From positions 6,904,740 to 6,968,739 of the forward strand of contig NC_057719.1 in assembly GCF_004010195.1 (NCBI RefSeq): a DNA stretch of 64,000 nucleotides, given 5' to 3'. Under the pieces are notes generated by a model, which did no database searches, was not told the DNA's origin, and saw nothing but the letters and a program-made list of their open reading frames with translations. Shown here piece by piece: positions 12,192-23,775 of this stretch (positions are counted from its first letter, which is position 1; the number at the start of each line of letters is the position of its first letter). This DNA comes from Chiloscyllium plagiosum. Its lineage: Eukaryota. The position numbers and the translations under genes are program-made.

Positions 12192-14299
12192 CTCTGTTTT
12201 TCTCTTTTCACAGTTCATGCTTGACCTGAGTATTTCCAATATTACTTTCTTTTTCACCATCTGCATGTTCTACTCTCTAATAGAGTGCAAAAACTCAGGC
12301 ACTAGGGCAGTATTGTACTCTCTTGTCCACCTTTTTATTTGATATTTGTCCTCTTCCTTTTCTTTTACATGCCTCTGACCCTTGTCTTTCTCCTCCCTCT
12401 CTTTATCTTTCTTCCTTACACCGCAATCAAATAAAAAAAAGGCTGTCATACCGAAGAATGCAAAGTTGTTTATTTGATTTGGGGTAAAGTTTGTTCTCAC
12501 TGGGAAGCTTTGTTGACAGATTGAACGTTACACCAACCCATTTATAAAATGCTACTGGGGGGGTTTATGAATGGGTTATTAAGTGGTATATGGTCAGTAT
12601 TTGAATTTTCATAGCATGTATTTAACCTAAAAATGTGTACAAGTTCTTTCTCCGAAGCTGATGGTGATGTTCTTTTCTAAACAATGGCCATGCATTTTGC
12701 TGGAACTACTTTCCAGCTGCTTTTAAGCTTATAAATTGTATATAATGTATATCATATAGTACTGGCAAATTTACAGCTGTTTAATCTGAAAAGATCAAAT
12801 TTGAATTTGCAGCCATGTAAAACCTGCTGTGTACAGATTTTTAGTTCAATGGCATCTGCTGTCATGCAGAAGCTTGCTAGTTGCTAAGCAACTATACAGG
12901 AGAAGAATTATTGGATTTTTCTGCCACTGAGATGGAAATCGCTCAGTGATAGTTTTAGAATGATCGATGTCTGACAATATGTCGTGTGTCTGGCTAGTTG
13001 CCGTTGAGGAGATGGGATGCAGGGCAATGGGAATGAGGGGATGATTCATGGTGCATGACCCACTCATGTATGTATGTGAACTTTAATGATGTCATGTTGC
13101 TTGCTGAGAAGATTAGTTAGTGTGCTGAACACCCTTTCAATGGCAAGTGTTTAATCAGTCTGTTATTGAACCTATTATTTCTGTTGGCAACCAACCAAGT
13201 AGTTTGGTGATTGAGAAGTCTTACTGTGTCAGTGTTCACCATGTTTTTTTTTGAGAATCGTTGACTGTATCTGAGAAAAGACAATTGAATTAATTGCATT
13301 GTACATTTATGATTCCAGTCAACAAGCTGGCTGCATTTTGTGTTCAGTTAGCTTATGTCAGTCATAAAGGCCCTCCAGTTTCAATCAAGACTTTTGAACT
13401 AATGGTGGGAAGTGGTGGATGAACAGTGAATGGGAGGGAATTAGCCAGGGTTATTACTACACTGACCCGTGCCATAAAGTCTTGTGTGGAGATTGATTCA
13501 TAGCAGAATTAGGCTTGGCAGTTGTACTCCCAAGACTGAATTGCTTCCTGATTTGAGGTAGGATTACTCAGGAAGAATGGCCACTTAAGACAAGTGAGGG
13601 ATACAAATCATTGGCTAGTGTCTTCCACTTGGTTGTACTTATTTTAATGTGAGGAAAGTTGTTAGCTAGTGAGCATGGAAGCTAAAAAAGTCTTGCTTTG
13701 AAAGGTGTGGGAAAATAAAATGTTTCAATTTATAAAAAGGTAAAATGTTAATAAAACTACCTTCTAATGCATTTTTTTGAGTCTTGACATTCAAGGGTGA
13801 GCTAAAATCCACCCCCTCCCCCAAAAAAAGCACATTTAAAATCTCATGGAGTACTTCAAAAAAATTAAGTTATGAGCATGTTTCACGAGTAGATTATATT
13901 TGCTTATTTTTCTGTTCAAGAGTACAGTAAAGTTTGGGATCTTTTGTGCCTTCAGTTGGTACCAGACTGCTGCTTCTGCTTTTCTACCAAATAATATACA
14001 GTTGGAAATTCATTGTTTTCAACATGTGAGAACATTTTTACCAAGCCAATTGAAAGTTGCATATTTGAGGACTATTCCAAAGAACCAGTATTAGAGCTAA
14101 AAAAAAAACTCCACAAGAATCTCTTTTTTTCCAATATGTCCTTGAATCCAAATGATGCACATCTGATGTTGCAAAAGGAGGCTGGAGAGGAAACAGTGAA
14201 GCATCAAGTTGTGCCAAATGACAAATATTCCATCCCTTTTAGGGAAAAGGAATTAGAAAATAGTTTGTCTCTGAAAGGAGGACCATCTAGGGGAGGCTC

Positions 14300-14590
14300 T
14301 GGCTTAGTGCTAGGTTATTAATCTGCGGTCCCAGATTTGAATTTCGCTATGGCAGGTAGTGAAATTTGAATTCAATTTTAAAAAAAATCTGGAATTAAGG
14401 GTCTGAGGTTGCCTGTACTGATCGTTCAGAGGGCAAAAAAAGTCTACTCATGTTCTTTAGGGAAAGTAGCTGCTGTCCTTATCTGGTCTGGCCCACAGCA
14501 TTGGTTGACTCGTAACTGCCCTCTGGGCAATTAAGAATGGGCAATAAATGCTGATCTAGCCAGCAATACCTACGTCCCATGAATGAATGT
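14300..14590 (+). mobile_element. Old tRNA-derived SINE with a LINE-derived tail
   Basis: Ends gggcaattaagaatgggcaataaatgctgatctagccagc...gtcccatgaatgaat, a tail shared with the LINE at 33725-34235 and with 16530-16625. Confidence 0.55.
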
Positions 14591-15058
14591 TTCAAAAAAT
14601 TTGAAGTAAATGTTTGCAATTCAGAGTAATCCGTTAGTTCATTAAACTCCACAAGCTACTTAGTGATGTGATATTGGTATTGAGATGTGGGCTATATTTG
14701 ACTTATTTAAAATTTAGGGGATATCAATGTGTAGATAAAGGGAATGAAGTAATTGCTGTTTTTGACTTAAGTTTTTCTCCGGAGTTTGGTAAAATGATGT
14801 AAGAAATGGAAATTAAGATAATGATGAAAGAAGTGTGTACCTGTATAGATAGAGATGGTTCAGGAAGAGAAGATGATGGAGTTAGGGAGGCAGGGTGAAG
14901 TTGTTTGTGTCTAAGGCTAATAGTTGGAGATTCTTGATCAGGGGAGTTGAGGGTTATGGGGAAAGGGCAAGAAAGTGGACATTTGGAGTTTTGGATGGAT
15001 CTTTGAATGGCAGAGGAGCCTTAAGGGCCAAATGGCCTACACCTGTTCCAATTTCATT

Positions 15059-15323
15059 TTAGATTACATTACAGCGTGGAAACAGGCCCTTCGGCCCAAC
15101 AAGTCCACACCAACCCGCCGAAGTGCAACCCACCCATGCCCCTACATTTACCCCTTGCCTAACACTATGGGCAATTTAGCATGGCCAATTCACCTGACCT
15201 GCACATCTTTTGGACTGTGGGAGGAAACCGGAGGAAACCCACGCAGACACAGGGAGAATGTGCAAACCCGGGACTCAGGCGCTGTTAAGCAGCAGTGCTA
15301 ACCACTGGGCCACCATGCCGCCC
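15059..15323 (-). mobile_element. HE1-type V-SINE, internally deleted
   Basis: Reverse complement of the 19569-19883 type sequence. Confidence 0.85.
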
Positions 15324-15324
15324 A

Positions 15325-15485
15325 CAATAGATGTGAAGCTGGAAAAGCACAGCAGGTCTGACAGCATCCGTGGAGCAGGAAAGTCAACGTTTCAGCCTGC
15401 TCCTCTGATCCTGTCTGACCTGTGCTTTCCCAGCTTCACATCAATTGAAACTTGCTTCCAGCATCTGCAGTCCTTTCTGTCTCCC
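15325..15485. mobile_element. Fold-back PLE family-A short element
   Basis: Arms gatgtgaagctggaaaagcacagcaggtc / gacctgtgctttcccagcttcacatc, followed by ccagcatctgcagtcct. Confidence 0.7.
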
Positions 15486-18237
15486 AGTTCTTATGGTCTT
15501 AAGAATGAATGTAGGCAATAGCGTGTTTCAAACATTTGTGCTTGAAGGACTCGGGTTTTCCATTTTATAAATATTAGCATGCGTAATTAGAGGATTTTAT
15601 TTAATAAAGTTAAAGAACACCAATTAGAGTGGTGTATTACAGATCATCAGCTCAGCATAGCAGAGACAGCAGCTGGATGGCAGTACAAAGGAACACATTG
15701 TATTGGTAACAAATAGTGTCTGGGAATGTAAGTCAAAAGGCTTTTTGCAGAATATGGTCAAACATCTAAGGTTGTGGAGAAATGAGACTGCAGATAGAAA
15801 AAGCTGCAGTGGGATTCTAGATTTTCAGGTATTACAATCAAATGATGAACTTGTGTACTATATTTCCTGTATCCAGTTCCCCTTGGGAAGGTGGAACTCC
15901 TGCAGTCCTTGGGGTGGAGGGATACCTGTGGTGCTGTTGGGGGGGTAGTGTTCCAAGATTTTATCACAGCAACTAAGAAAGAACAGTGATAAAGTTCCAA
16001 GTCAGGATGGTATGTGGGTTTATGGAGAGAGGTGTGAGGAACTTGTAGCTGATAGTGTTGTGATGCATCGTGACTTGTCCTTTGTCGGTGGTAGAGGTCA
16101 GACATTTGGAATTTCCGGGGGGCATGCATGTACCCTGTGTTACTTAGGCATGTTTTCAGAAAAATAGTCTGTTCAGTAAGCCTGTTAGCCATTAGATATT
16201 CTGTACTTTTTATAGGCAATGAGACCCAATGTTTCACTCTCTTGAGACACTTGATTCCAGAGGCATGGTGCTGCATTCACAGTGATGCATAAATGAACAG
16301 CCCTGGACCAGTAGGTCTGATTTGAAGATTGAGATTTCTTTTCACAGTCTCAACTGAGGATCTCTTATATTACACTATAATAGAAATGAAAATATACAAC
16401 ACTATTCTTATTTGCAGTACACAGATGGTCTTAGGTTTCAACTGTTAACAGACGCACAATTTTCATAAACTGTAATCTAGCAGCATTGTATCTGTAACAG
16501 TACTGTGAATATATCTAAACCCCAAGGATTCCAGCAGTACAACGTGGCGGCTTATCACCTTCTCGAGGGACCTTTGGTATGGACAATAAATGCTAGGCTA
16601 GCCAGTGACGTTTTCATCTCATGAATAAATTTTAGAAATACTCAGTGCAGACTCTGTGAATGTTTGTCGCTTGTTTATCATTGATATATCAATGGAGCAA
16701 TAACAAGTACAACACAGGAGGTTTCAGTCTTTGCTATGGATTGTAATGTTTGTTTTCTATCACTATCTGTTCCTTGGAACAATGATATACCTGAATCTCT
16801 GCCAGGAGAGCATTCCCTCACAGCTGCAATGCAGTGTCAACCCAGAGACTTGTGCTCTCAACCGTGCCACCGCTGATACTATTTGGTAAGATATGTTGTG
16901 AGTGCTCAGATCACAAGATGTCCTGACCACATGCCTGTTTACAAAGGCGCATTCTGAAATCTGGCTATAGGTTTTGAGGGCACTTTATAAAGGAATGGTC
17001 GCTGCCTGACAGTGAAGTGCATGATATTCACTTGAGATGATTTATGTCATAATTACTAGAGAGTTTACATTAATTTGATGTAAATTAGTATGATCCATAC
17101 TGAGCGTTTATTTTTGCTGCATCTTAAAAGCAACATCTGTTTGTACAGCATTAAATTGCCATCTAGCATACATGCTGAGTTAATCTTCCTCAGAAAAATT
17201 TGAGATTTGCACCAAGTATCTTGGACTGAACACTCTTCAGATACCTTTGTGTGCAGTCAGGCTAATTGTGGCTAAGAGGTGTTGAGATTCTTTCAACATG
17301 GAACTTTGGAAGTCATCAGGGTCAAGCTGTATGTTGGAGTGTTCAATGCAGTAATGTTTGAAGATATCCTACCTATATAATCATTCATTAGATTAGGCAT
17401 TCATTAAAAATGGCTGAATGCCTTTGGAAATCATAAAGCATCATTAAACAAATGTATTTTCCACTTGGATTTATTCCTATAATGAGGTTACATCACGGAT
17501 GAATGTGAAAGACAATATCTACATTTACGGAATTGAGCAATTCTCTAAACTATGAAGGTGTGACTCTCCTAATTCCTAGCACAGTTGATTTACATTGGCT
17601 TTTCATTTATTGGCTGTTAGTTGGAAGTTTCCCAGGTTCTTATTGCACTTTGATTTCTAGTTTAGTTTGCACTTTATTTATCAATTTATGTCAATAAACA
17701 TCAATGCTGTAGAATTATTTTTACAGATATGTCTGGAGATTCAAGTTGGTAACTAGTGTGGAGGATTACTTAACTGAATAGTTACTTGGATTGCTTTAGA
17801 CATATGCACAGTGCAGTTGTAGTTTTCTTATTAATTTTTTAAAAATTCAGTTATATCTTATAAAAACTTCATACAGCGATTTTTCTTTTCCTCAAACTGC
17901 TGCTGCACTTTTTGAAGCCCCAAATAATTGATAATCTAGTAAGCCTATTGTAACTTCTGTTGTAATATCTGGCTGAAGAAGGCATTTATTCAGGTTGCTG
18001 GCTAAGATAATGAGTACACCTGCTTGTGAGTCCCAATGGCAATCCTTTAATAACAATTACCATCCTTTAAATACACTTGAGAAAGCAACTGCAATATGAT
18101 GTGACAGCCACACAATCTGGTGTTGTGGTGTACCTGTTTTTAAGACAAAGCTAAGCAGTTTGTCAAAAATTCATTTGTCTGATGTTCTGTAGATTTTGGA
18201 TATTTCGCGGTTTTGTTTTTATCATTTCACTTTTTTT

Positions 18238-18510
18238 AGAATATAGAACAATACAGTGCAGAACAGGCCCTTCGGCCCTCAATGTTGCGCCGACCTGTGA
18301 ACTATTCTCAGCTCATCCCCCTACACTATCCCAAAATCATCCATGTGCTTACCTAAGGATTATTTAAATCTCCCTAATGTGGCTGAGTTGATTACATTAG
18401 CAGGTAGGGCATTCCATGCCCTTACCACTCTCTGCGTAAAAAGCCTGCCTCTGACATCTGTCTTCAATCTATCACCCCTCAATTTGTAGCTATGCCCTCT
18501 TGTACAATCT
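18238..18510 (-). mobile_element. CR1 LINE 3' end
   Basis: agaatatagaacaatacagtgcagaacaggcccttcgg...gcattccatgcccttaccactctctg. Confidence 0.8.
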
Positions 18511-19568
18511 CATCTCATCTTGTTTGATTTACCTAGTGTATTTCAAGCAATGGTAAATTTCATATGCTTTATTTTGAGCAATCTGGTAATTTCACAAGCA
18601 TGCCATTGTTTTAACCATTTTAGTGACCCCTTGCAAAACTAGATTTTACTTGTCCTTTGAACATTTTTGTCAAATGGGATACTTTCTAATGTATCTGGAT
18701 GAATAGTCAGGCCTTCTCCTATCTACAAAAGATGTTAGGCATGCAGCAAATAAACCCATTTCAGTTGGGATGTCTTCATATGGTATATCCTTGTTGGCTG
18801 AAAAGGTCAATCTGTGCCAAGTGTCTGTCACAAAGCAATTGAGTGCTATTGTTGCTTTTTCAGCAATGGCATCTGTTGCCATTGCACTATAGCCATGGGT
18901 GAAAATGGTGGTCCACCCCAACCAGAAGGTGCTGCATTTTCTTGTCATAATGGGTGAGAGCAGGTGCAATAACACTCAGGGTGGACCACAGCTAGGATGA
19001 AGCATTTTGCTTGTTTTGCACGTCATTCCATTGTATTCTGTACCAGCTACAGGATGAAGCAATCCTCCAAAGTTTGTTTCACGGCATCTTGCAAGATCCA
19101 GAAGTTCCATCTCATCTAGTAGTGCAAGAGAATATCATCCCATGTTTCAAATTTCCTTCCCAAGTTATTCACTATCCAGACTTGTCAACTAATTGTAAAA
19201 CACTGAACCAAAAAAATTAGTTTGTCAAGCCTCTGCAGCAGCTTTGACTAAGCAGTGATGCCTAGTCCCACATACTTTAATTTTGTTTGTAACCCTGTAA
19301 ATTCATCATCCTCAAGTATCTGACTAACTCCTTAAACTACTTATGCAATAGTCTTCTACCACCATTTTCAGTTTGTGTTACCATTAACTCCTGAGTGAAA
19401 AATACTTCTCATCTCTCCTCTTGATTTCTTTTGCCATTGATTTCAAATTTAGGACCACATAATAAATTCTCCATTTATTCTCAAAACCTGTCATTTTCTT
19501 ACACCTCTATTGGATCACCTCTTAACTATCTATGTTTTACTAGAATTGTCTCATCTTTTCCAAGTTCT

Positions 19569-19883
19569 GGGGTGCACAGTGGTTAGCACTGTTGCCTTAC
19601 AACGCCAGAGACCCGGGTTCAATTCCCGCCTCAGGCGACTGACTGTGTGGAGTTTGCACATTCTCCCCGTGTCTGCGTGGGTTTCCTCCGGGTGCTCTGG
19701 TTTCCTCCCACAGTCCAAAAATGTGTAGGTCAGGTGAATTGGCCATGCTAAATTGCCCGTAGTGTTAGGTGCAGGGGTAAATGTAGGGGAATGGGTCTGG
19801 GTGGGTTGCGCTTCGGCGGGTCGGTGTGGACTTGTTGGGCCGAAGGGCCTGTTTCCACACTGTAAATAATCTAATCTAATCTA
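19569..19883 (+). mobile_element. HE1-type V-SINE, full length and well preserved
   Basis: A-box/B-box head (gcacagtggttagc; gggttcaattccc), V-domain, tail gggccgaagggcctgtttccacactgta followed by (aatct)3. Confidence 0.9.
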
Positions 19884-20303
19884 AAACTGAAGCCACTTAT
19901 TCCTGATACCAAATTGAGAACCATATGTACCACTTGTGTAAGGCTTTTTACACCTTACATATGGTGCTCAGAAATATCAATTATAATCCAGATTCAAACA
20001 TCTTTGGTATGAATTAGTCGAAGGAAAATTTACACTTTGGTATCAGATGTGTTATAATCTTGAGTCCAATTGTCCCTACTTGTTGTTCCAGGTGGAAATA
20101 TATGCTGGTTGGTTTATTTAAATATTTCAATCGTCAATTTTGTTTTCCCCACAATAGAGAATGTGAAGGGGAGGATACAATCTGTCTTCCTCTGAAATTC
20201 TACTGTTTATGTTTAACTTTGAAGTTGAAGATCCTGGTTTAGATGCCTGGACCTGAAGGCTCCTTTGTATTATTGTCAATCAGGTGAGCACTTGATAAAG
20301 TTA

Positions 20304-20397
20304 TTCTGGATCAGTGGTGCTGGAAGAGCACAGCAATTCAGGCAGCATCCGACGAGCAGCAAAATCGACGTTTCGGGCAAAAGCCCTTCATCAGGAA
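20304..20397 (-). mobile_element. Single-arm PLE family-A insertion with 11-bp TSD
   Basis: TSD tgataaagtta at 20293-20303 and 20398-20408. Confidence 0.8.
20363..20397 (-). ncRNA. Minimal type-I hammerhead ribozyme motif (family A)
   Basis: Minus strand ttc-CUGAUGA-A-GGGC-UUUU-GCCC-GAA-ACGU-C-gauu: intact core, stem II, palindromic stem III, GUC cleavage triplet. Confidence 0.7.
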
Positions 20398-21417
20398 TGA
20401 TAAAGTTAACCTTTTTCTTCCTTGGTATATGCATTGGCACTTTACATGTATTTTGGAAGGAGCACAGAGGTGAGCACTTAGATCAAAACGAGTGACTGCC
20501 CCTTGAGAGTGCAGCACTGAGAGCTTCACCTTGCATAAATCTAGAATATTCCCACAAACAAAATAAAATTGAGAGGCACCACAGACACAAAACTAAGACC
20601 ACTGACATGCATGCACACACCTTCTGTTTCCGTCCAGTATCCAAGGGCACACTCTGCAGATAATCTATTTGGTGATTCAGTGATATATCAACCACCGATA
20701 CTGCTGTACTGGATGCAAACGATTATTTACTGTTCAGTAAAATAATTATGCTAAGTGTGCATGCGAACACCCTGAAGCTCAGGAAGTTTATCTACTGAAT
20801 AACTGCTTTGACTTGAGCTGCATAATTTTAGTTCAGCACATATGAACAACAGAACAACAGACTTCAAGTTCAAATGCCATGTTTATGGGTATTCCTGTTC
20901 CTGAGTTGCATTCCAGCCATTATTATTGAAAGTGGGCACGTTTATTTTTTTTAAATTAAGTAAATGCAGATGGGATGATAATTAGATCTATGCATGAAGA
21001 CATGTTGAATTTATCTTGACAGGGAAACATGAAAGCAGGAAGAGCCTCTGATAATGTGACTTGGAAGTTTGATTGAAAAAATGAATTTTATGAATGAAAG
21101 GGGGAGAGATGTCAGGAGAGTGCCTCAAAGAATACTGAGGTGGCTAAAACTGTGCCATTGGCTGAGCTTAGAGTTAAAGCTCAAGCGTATAGGATGGGGA
21201 CTATTCATGAAAAAGGTTGCAAGCAAGTTGAAGTAGTGGAAAGATTTGATTTATGAAGTATTTTAATTTTGGAATGACGGTTGACTACATGTCTGGTTTA
21301 ATTTTTGAGGGCAAGGTTGCTATGTCTGGAGATAACTGACAACTTCGCTCTTCCTTGACAGCCACTTAGTAGGTTGAGTGACAAAACAGAGATGGTGTGA
21401 TGGAGTGGAACAATAGA

Positions 21418-21568
21418 AAAAAGAAAGTGAGGACTGCAGATGCTGGAGATCAGAGCTGAAAATGTGTTGCTGGAAAAGTGCAGCAGGTCAGGCAGCATCC
21501 AAGGAGCAGGTCTCCTGCTCCTTGGATGCTGCCTGACCTGCGCTTTTTCAGCAACACATTTTCAGCAA
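21418..21568. mobile_element. Fold-back PLE family-A short element, ribozyme core deleted, 12-bp TSD
   Basis: Arms gctgaaaatgtgttgctg...catccaaggagcagg / cctgctccttggatg...cagcaacacattttcagc. TSD tggaacaataga at 21406-21417 and 21569-21580. Confidence 0.8.
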
Positions 21569-21715
21569 TGGAACAATAGAGTTGAGTTTCTAGTGAGGAA
21601 GAGAAGCAAATCAAAACTGGAAGAAAATATATTATTGGAGATGTCAAAAGCCATGAAAGAGTAGTAGTATTAAATTCAGGGCAGTTGATACCTATTGTGA
21701 CAGCTAAAAAGAGAG

Positions 21716-21965
21716 TTTTGTCTGTATGGAGTTTGCACATTCTCTCTTTGTCTGCATAGTTTCCACCCACAGTCCAAAATTGTGTAGGTTAGGTGGACTG
21801 GCCATGCTAAATTGCCCATAGTGTCCAGGGATGTACAGGCTAGGTGGATTAGTCATGGGAAATGCAGGGTGACTGGGATAGGGAAATGCGGTCTGAGTGG
21901 AATACTCTTTGGAGGGTCGGTGTGGACTCGATGAGCCAAATTGCTTGCTTCCACACGAGGGATTC
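21716..21965 (+). mobile_element. 5'-truncated HE1-type V-SINE
   Basis: ggagtttgcacattctc...ccacagtccaaa...ggccatgctaaattgccc...ggagggtcggtgtggact. Confidence 0.75.
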
Positions 21966-22114
21966 TAGATTGCGCCTTTCAATACCACAGGATGTCCAAA
22001 AGCAGTTTGCAGCCATTTTTGTAATGGAGTAATCATTACCATGTGAAAATTAGAGCTAATTTGCAGGTGCCCACAACAAGGTTGCAATGACCAGATTACC
22101 TGCTGTGATGATTA

Positions 22115-22940
22115 TTAGACCATAAGACATACGAGTGCACTTAGGCCGTTTGGCCTATTAAGTCTGCTTGGGGCTGATCTGTTTCTCAACCCCATTCTCC
22201 TGCCTTTTCCCCATAACCCTTGATTCCCTTACCAATCAAGAACCTGTCTGTCTATCTGAAATGCTCTCAATGACTTTGCCTCCACTGTCTGCTGAAGCAT
22301 TGCGTTCCACAGATTTATTACCATTTGGCTGAAGAGATTTCTCCTCATCTCAGTTCTGAAGGACTGTCCCTTCACTCTGAGATTGTGCCCTCAGGTCCTA
22401 GTCTCTCCTACAAGTGGAAATACCTTTCTCTATGGCATGGTGGCTCAGTGATTAGCACTTCTGCCTCACAGAGCCACGGACCCTTGTTCAATTCCCACCT
22501 CTGGGTCTGTCTCTGTAGAGTTTGCACATTGTCAGTGTCTGTGTGGGTTCGTCCGGGTGCTCCAGTTTCCTCCCACAATCCAAAGATGTACATGTTAGGT
22601 GAATTGGCCATGCTAAATTGCCCATAGTGTGAGGTGCGTTAATCAGGGGTAAATATGGGGAATGGGTCTGGATGAGTTACTCTTCGGAGGGTCAGTGTGG
22701 ACTTGTTGGGCCAAAGGGCTTGTTTCCATACTGTAGAGAATCTAATCCAACATGCATTCTGTATAGGCCCCTCAGTATTCTGTAAGTTTCAATCCGATCC
22801 CTGCCTTATTCTTCTAAACTCCACTGAGTATAGTCCCAGTCTCTTCAAACGCTCCTTATGTGACAAGCCCTGAATCCCCCAGGATCATTCTTACAAACCA
22901 CCTCTGGAGCCCCTTCAAAGCCACCCAAAACCGCTCACAT
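22115..22940 (-). mobile_element. CR1 LINE 3' fragment
   Basis: gaccataagacatacgagtg...ggccgtttggcc...ccccattctcctgccttttccccataacccttgat: 3' UTR and ORF2 end. Confidence 0.75.
22433..22747 (+). mobile_element. HE1-type V-SINE nested in CR1
   Basis: ggcatggtggctcagtgattagcac...ccgggtgctccagtttcctcccaca...actgtagagaatctaatc. Confidence 0.85.
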
Positions 22941-23156
22941 TGAAGGATAGATAGCAGAGAGGACATCTTTGGAAAACTGGTGTTTTCTGAAAGCGTTGTG
23001 GAATCTTTCAGGCTCTCCTGGCAAGGTAGAAATGGAATGGCTTTGTTATTTGAAATATGTCATGTGGTAGGAAGAACCTGAACCAGTTTAACAGAGTTAT
23101 GTAAAGTGTCTGCAGAATTATCCCAATATGTCAATTGAACTTAGCCAATTGTACCC

Positions 23157-23775
23157 TGTTATGGATGAGGCCAGACCACTCAAAGCATTCTTAAGCAGGC
23201 AGCCCAGACCATAACTTTGCAATTTGTTTTGATATGTGTAAATTAGTTAGGTTGACTACTAGGGTTTAAAACAGACAAAAATTTATTCACAAAATTGCAC
23301 AATGAAACACGAACAGAATGAAGAACCCCTACAGAACTCAGTTTATCCAAACTAGACTTAATTATGCTGTTCCAAATATAACCTCAGTCCCAATAAGCAA
23401 ACCCCCTTAGAAAACTGTAAAAATGTAACAGGTGCTGACAGATTTTAAGTTGAAGGGCAGAAGGAGAGCCTGAGAGCGCCTGTTTGCACATAGATCACTG
23501 TTGAACTCCTAACTAGTTCTGGGCTGAACTGCTCAACTGGAGAGCTGACCACTCCCCTTTCATTCTACAGGTCACTTCTAAAACATGGCCATTTTGGCCT
23601 GAAGTCTCATCTGTTTACAAATAAACAAAAAGGCTTCTCAATGTCCTTTAATCTCTGCACCAAACCAGTGTAATTAGAACCGGGAGCTGTTTACAACCCT
23701 TCTGAAAAAAGCCATAGACCCAGTATCCTTGAGAAAAGGAACAGCTTTTAGAAAAAAGTGACCAGCTTTGTGACA
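23157..23775 (-). mobile_element. Solo LTR, 619 bp, probably Ty3/Gypsy type
   Basis: Termini TGTTA...TGACA with a perfect 4-bp TSD ACCC (23153-23156, 23776-23779). AATAAA on the minus strand near 23283-23288. Confidence 0.8.

Larger units (their letters stand above)
21970..23010 (-). mobile_element. DeuSINE-like remnant split by a CR1 3' fragment (22115-22940)
   Basis: 21970-22110 (gcgcctttc...caggatgtccaaaagc...aatgaccagattacctg) and 22940-23010 (tgaaggatagatagcagagaggacatc...ggaatcttt) read as consecutive parts of the reverse-complement Deu domain. Confidence 0.5.

Noticed and set aside
18670..19220. 101-aa and 69-aa ORFs as a host gene
   Set aside because: No recognisable homology or splice support; at most a faint resemblance to a decayed RTE C-terminus on the minus strand.
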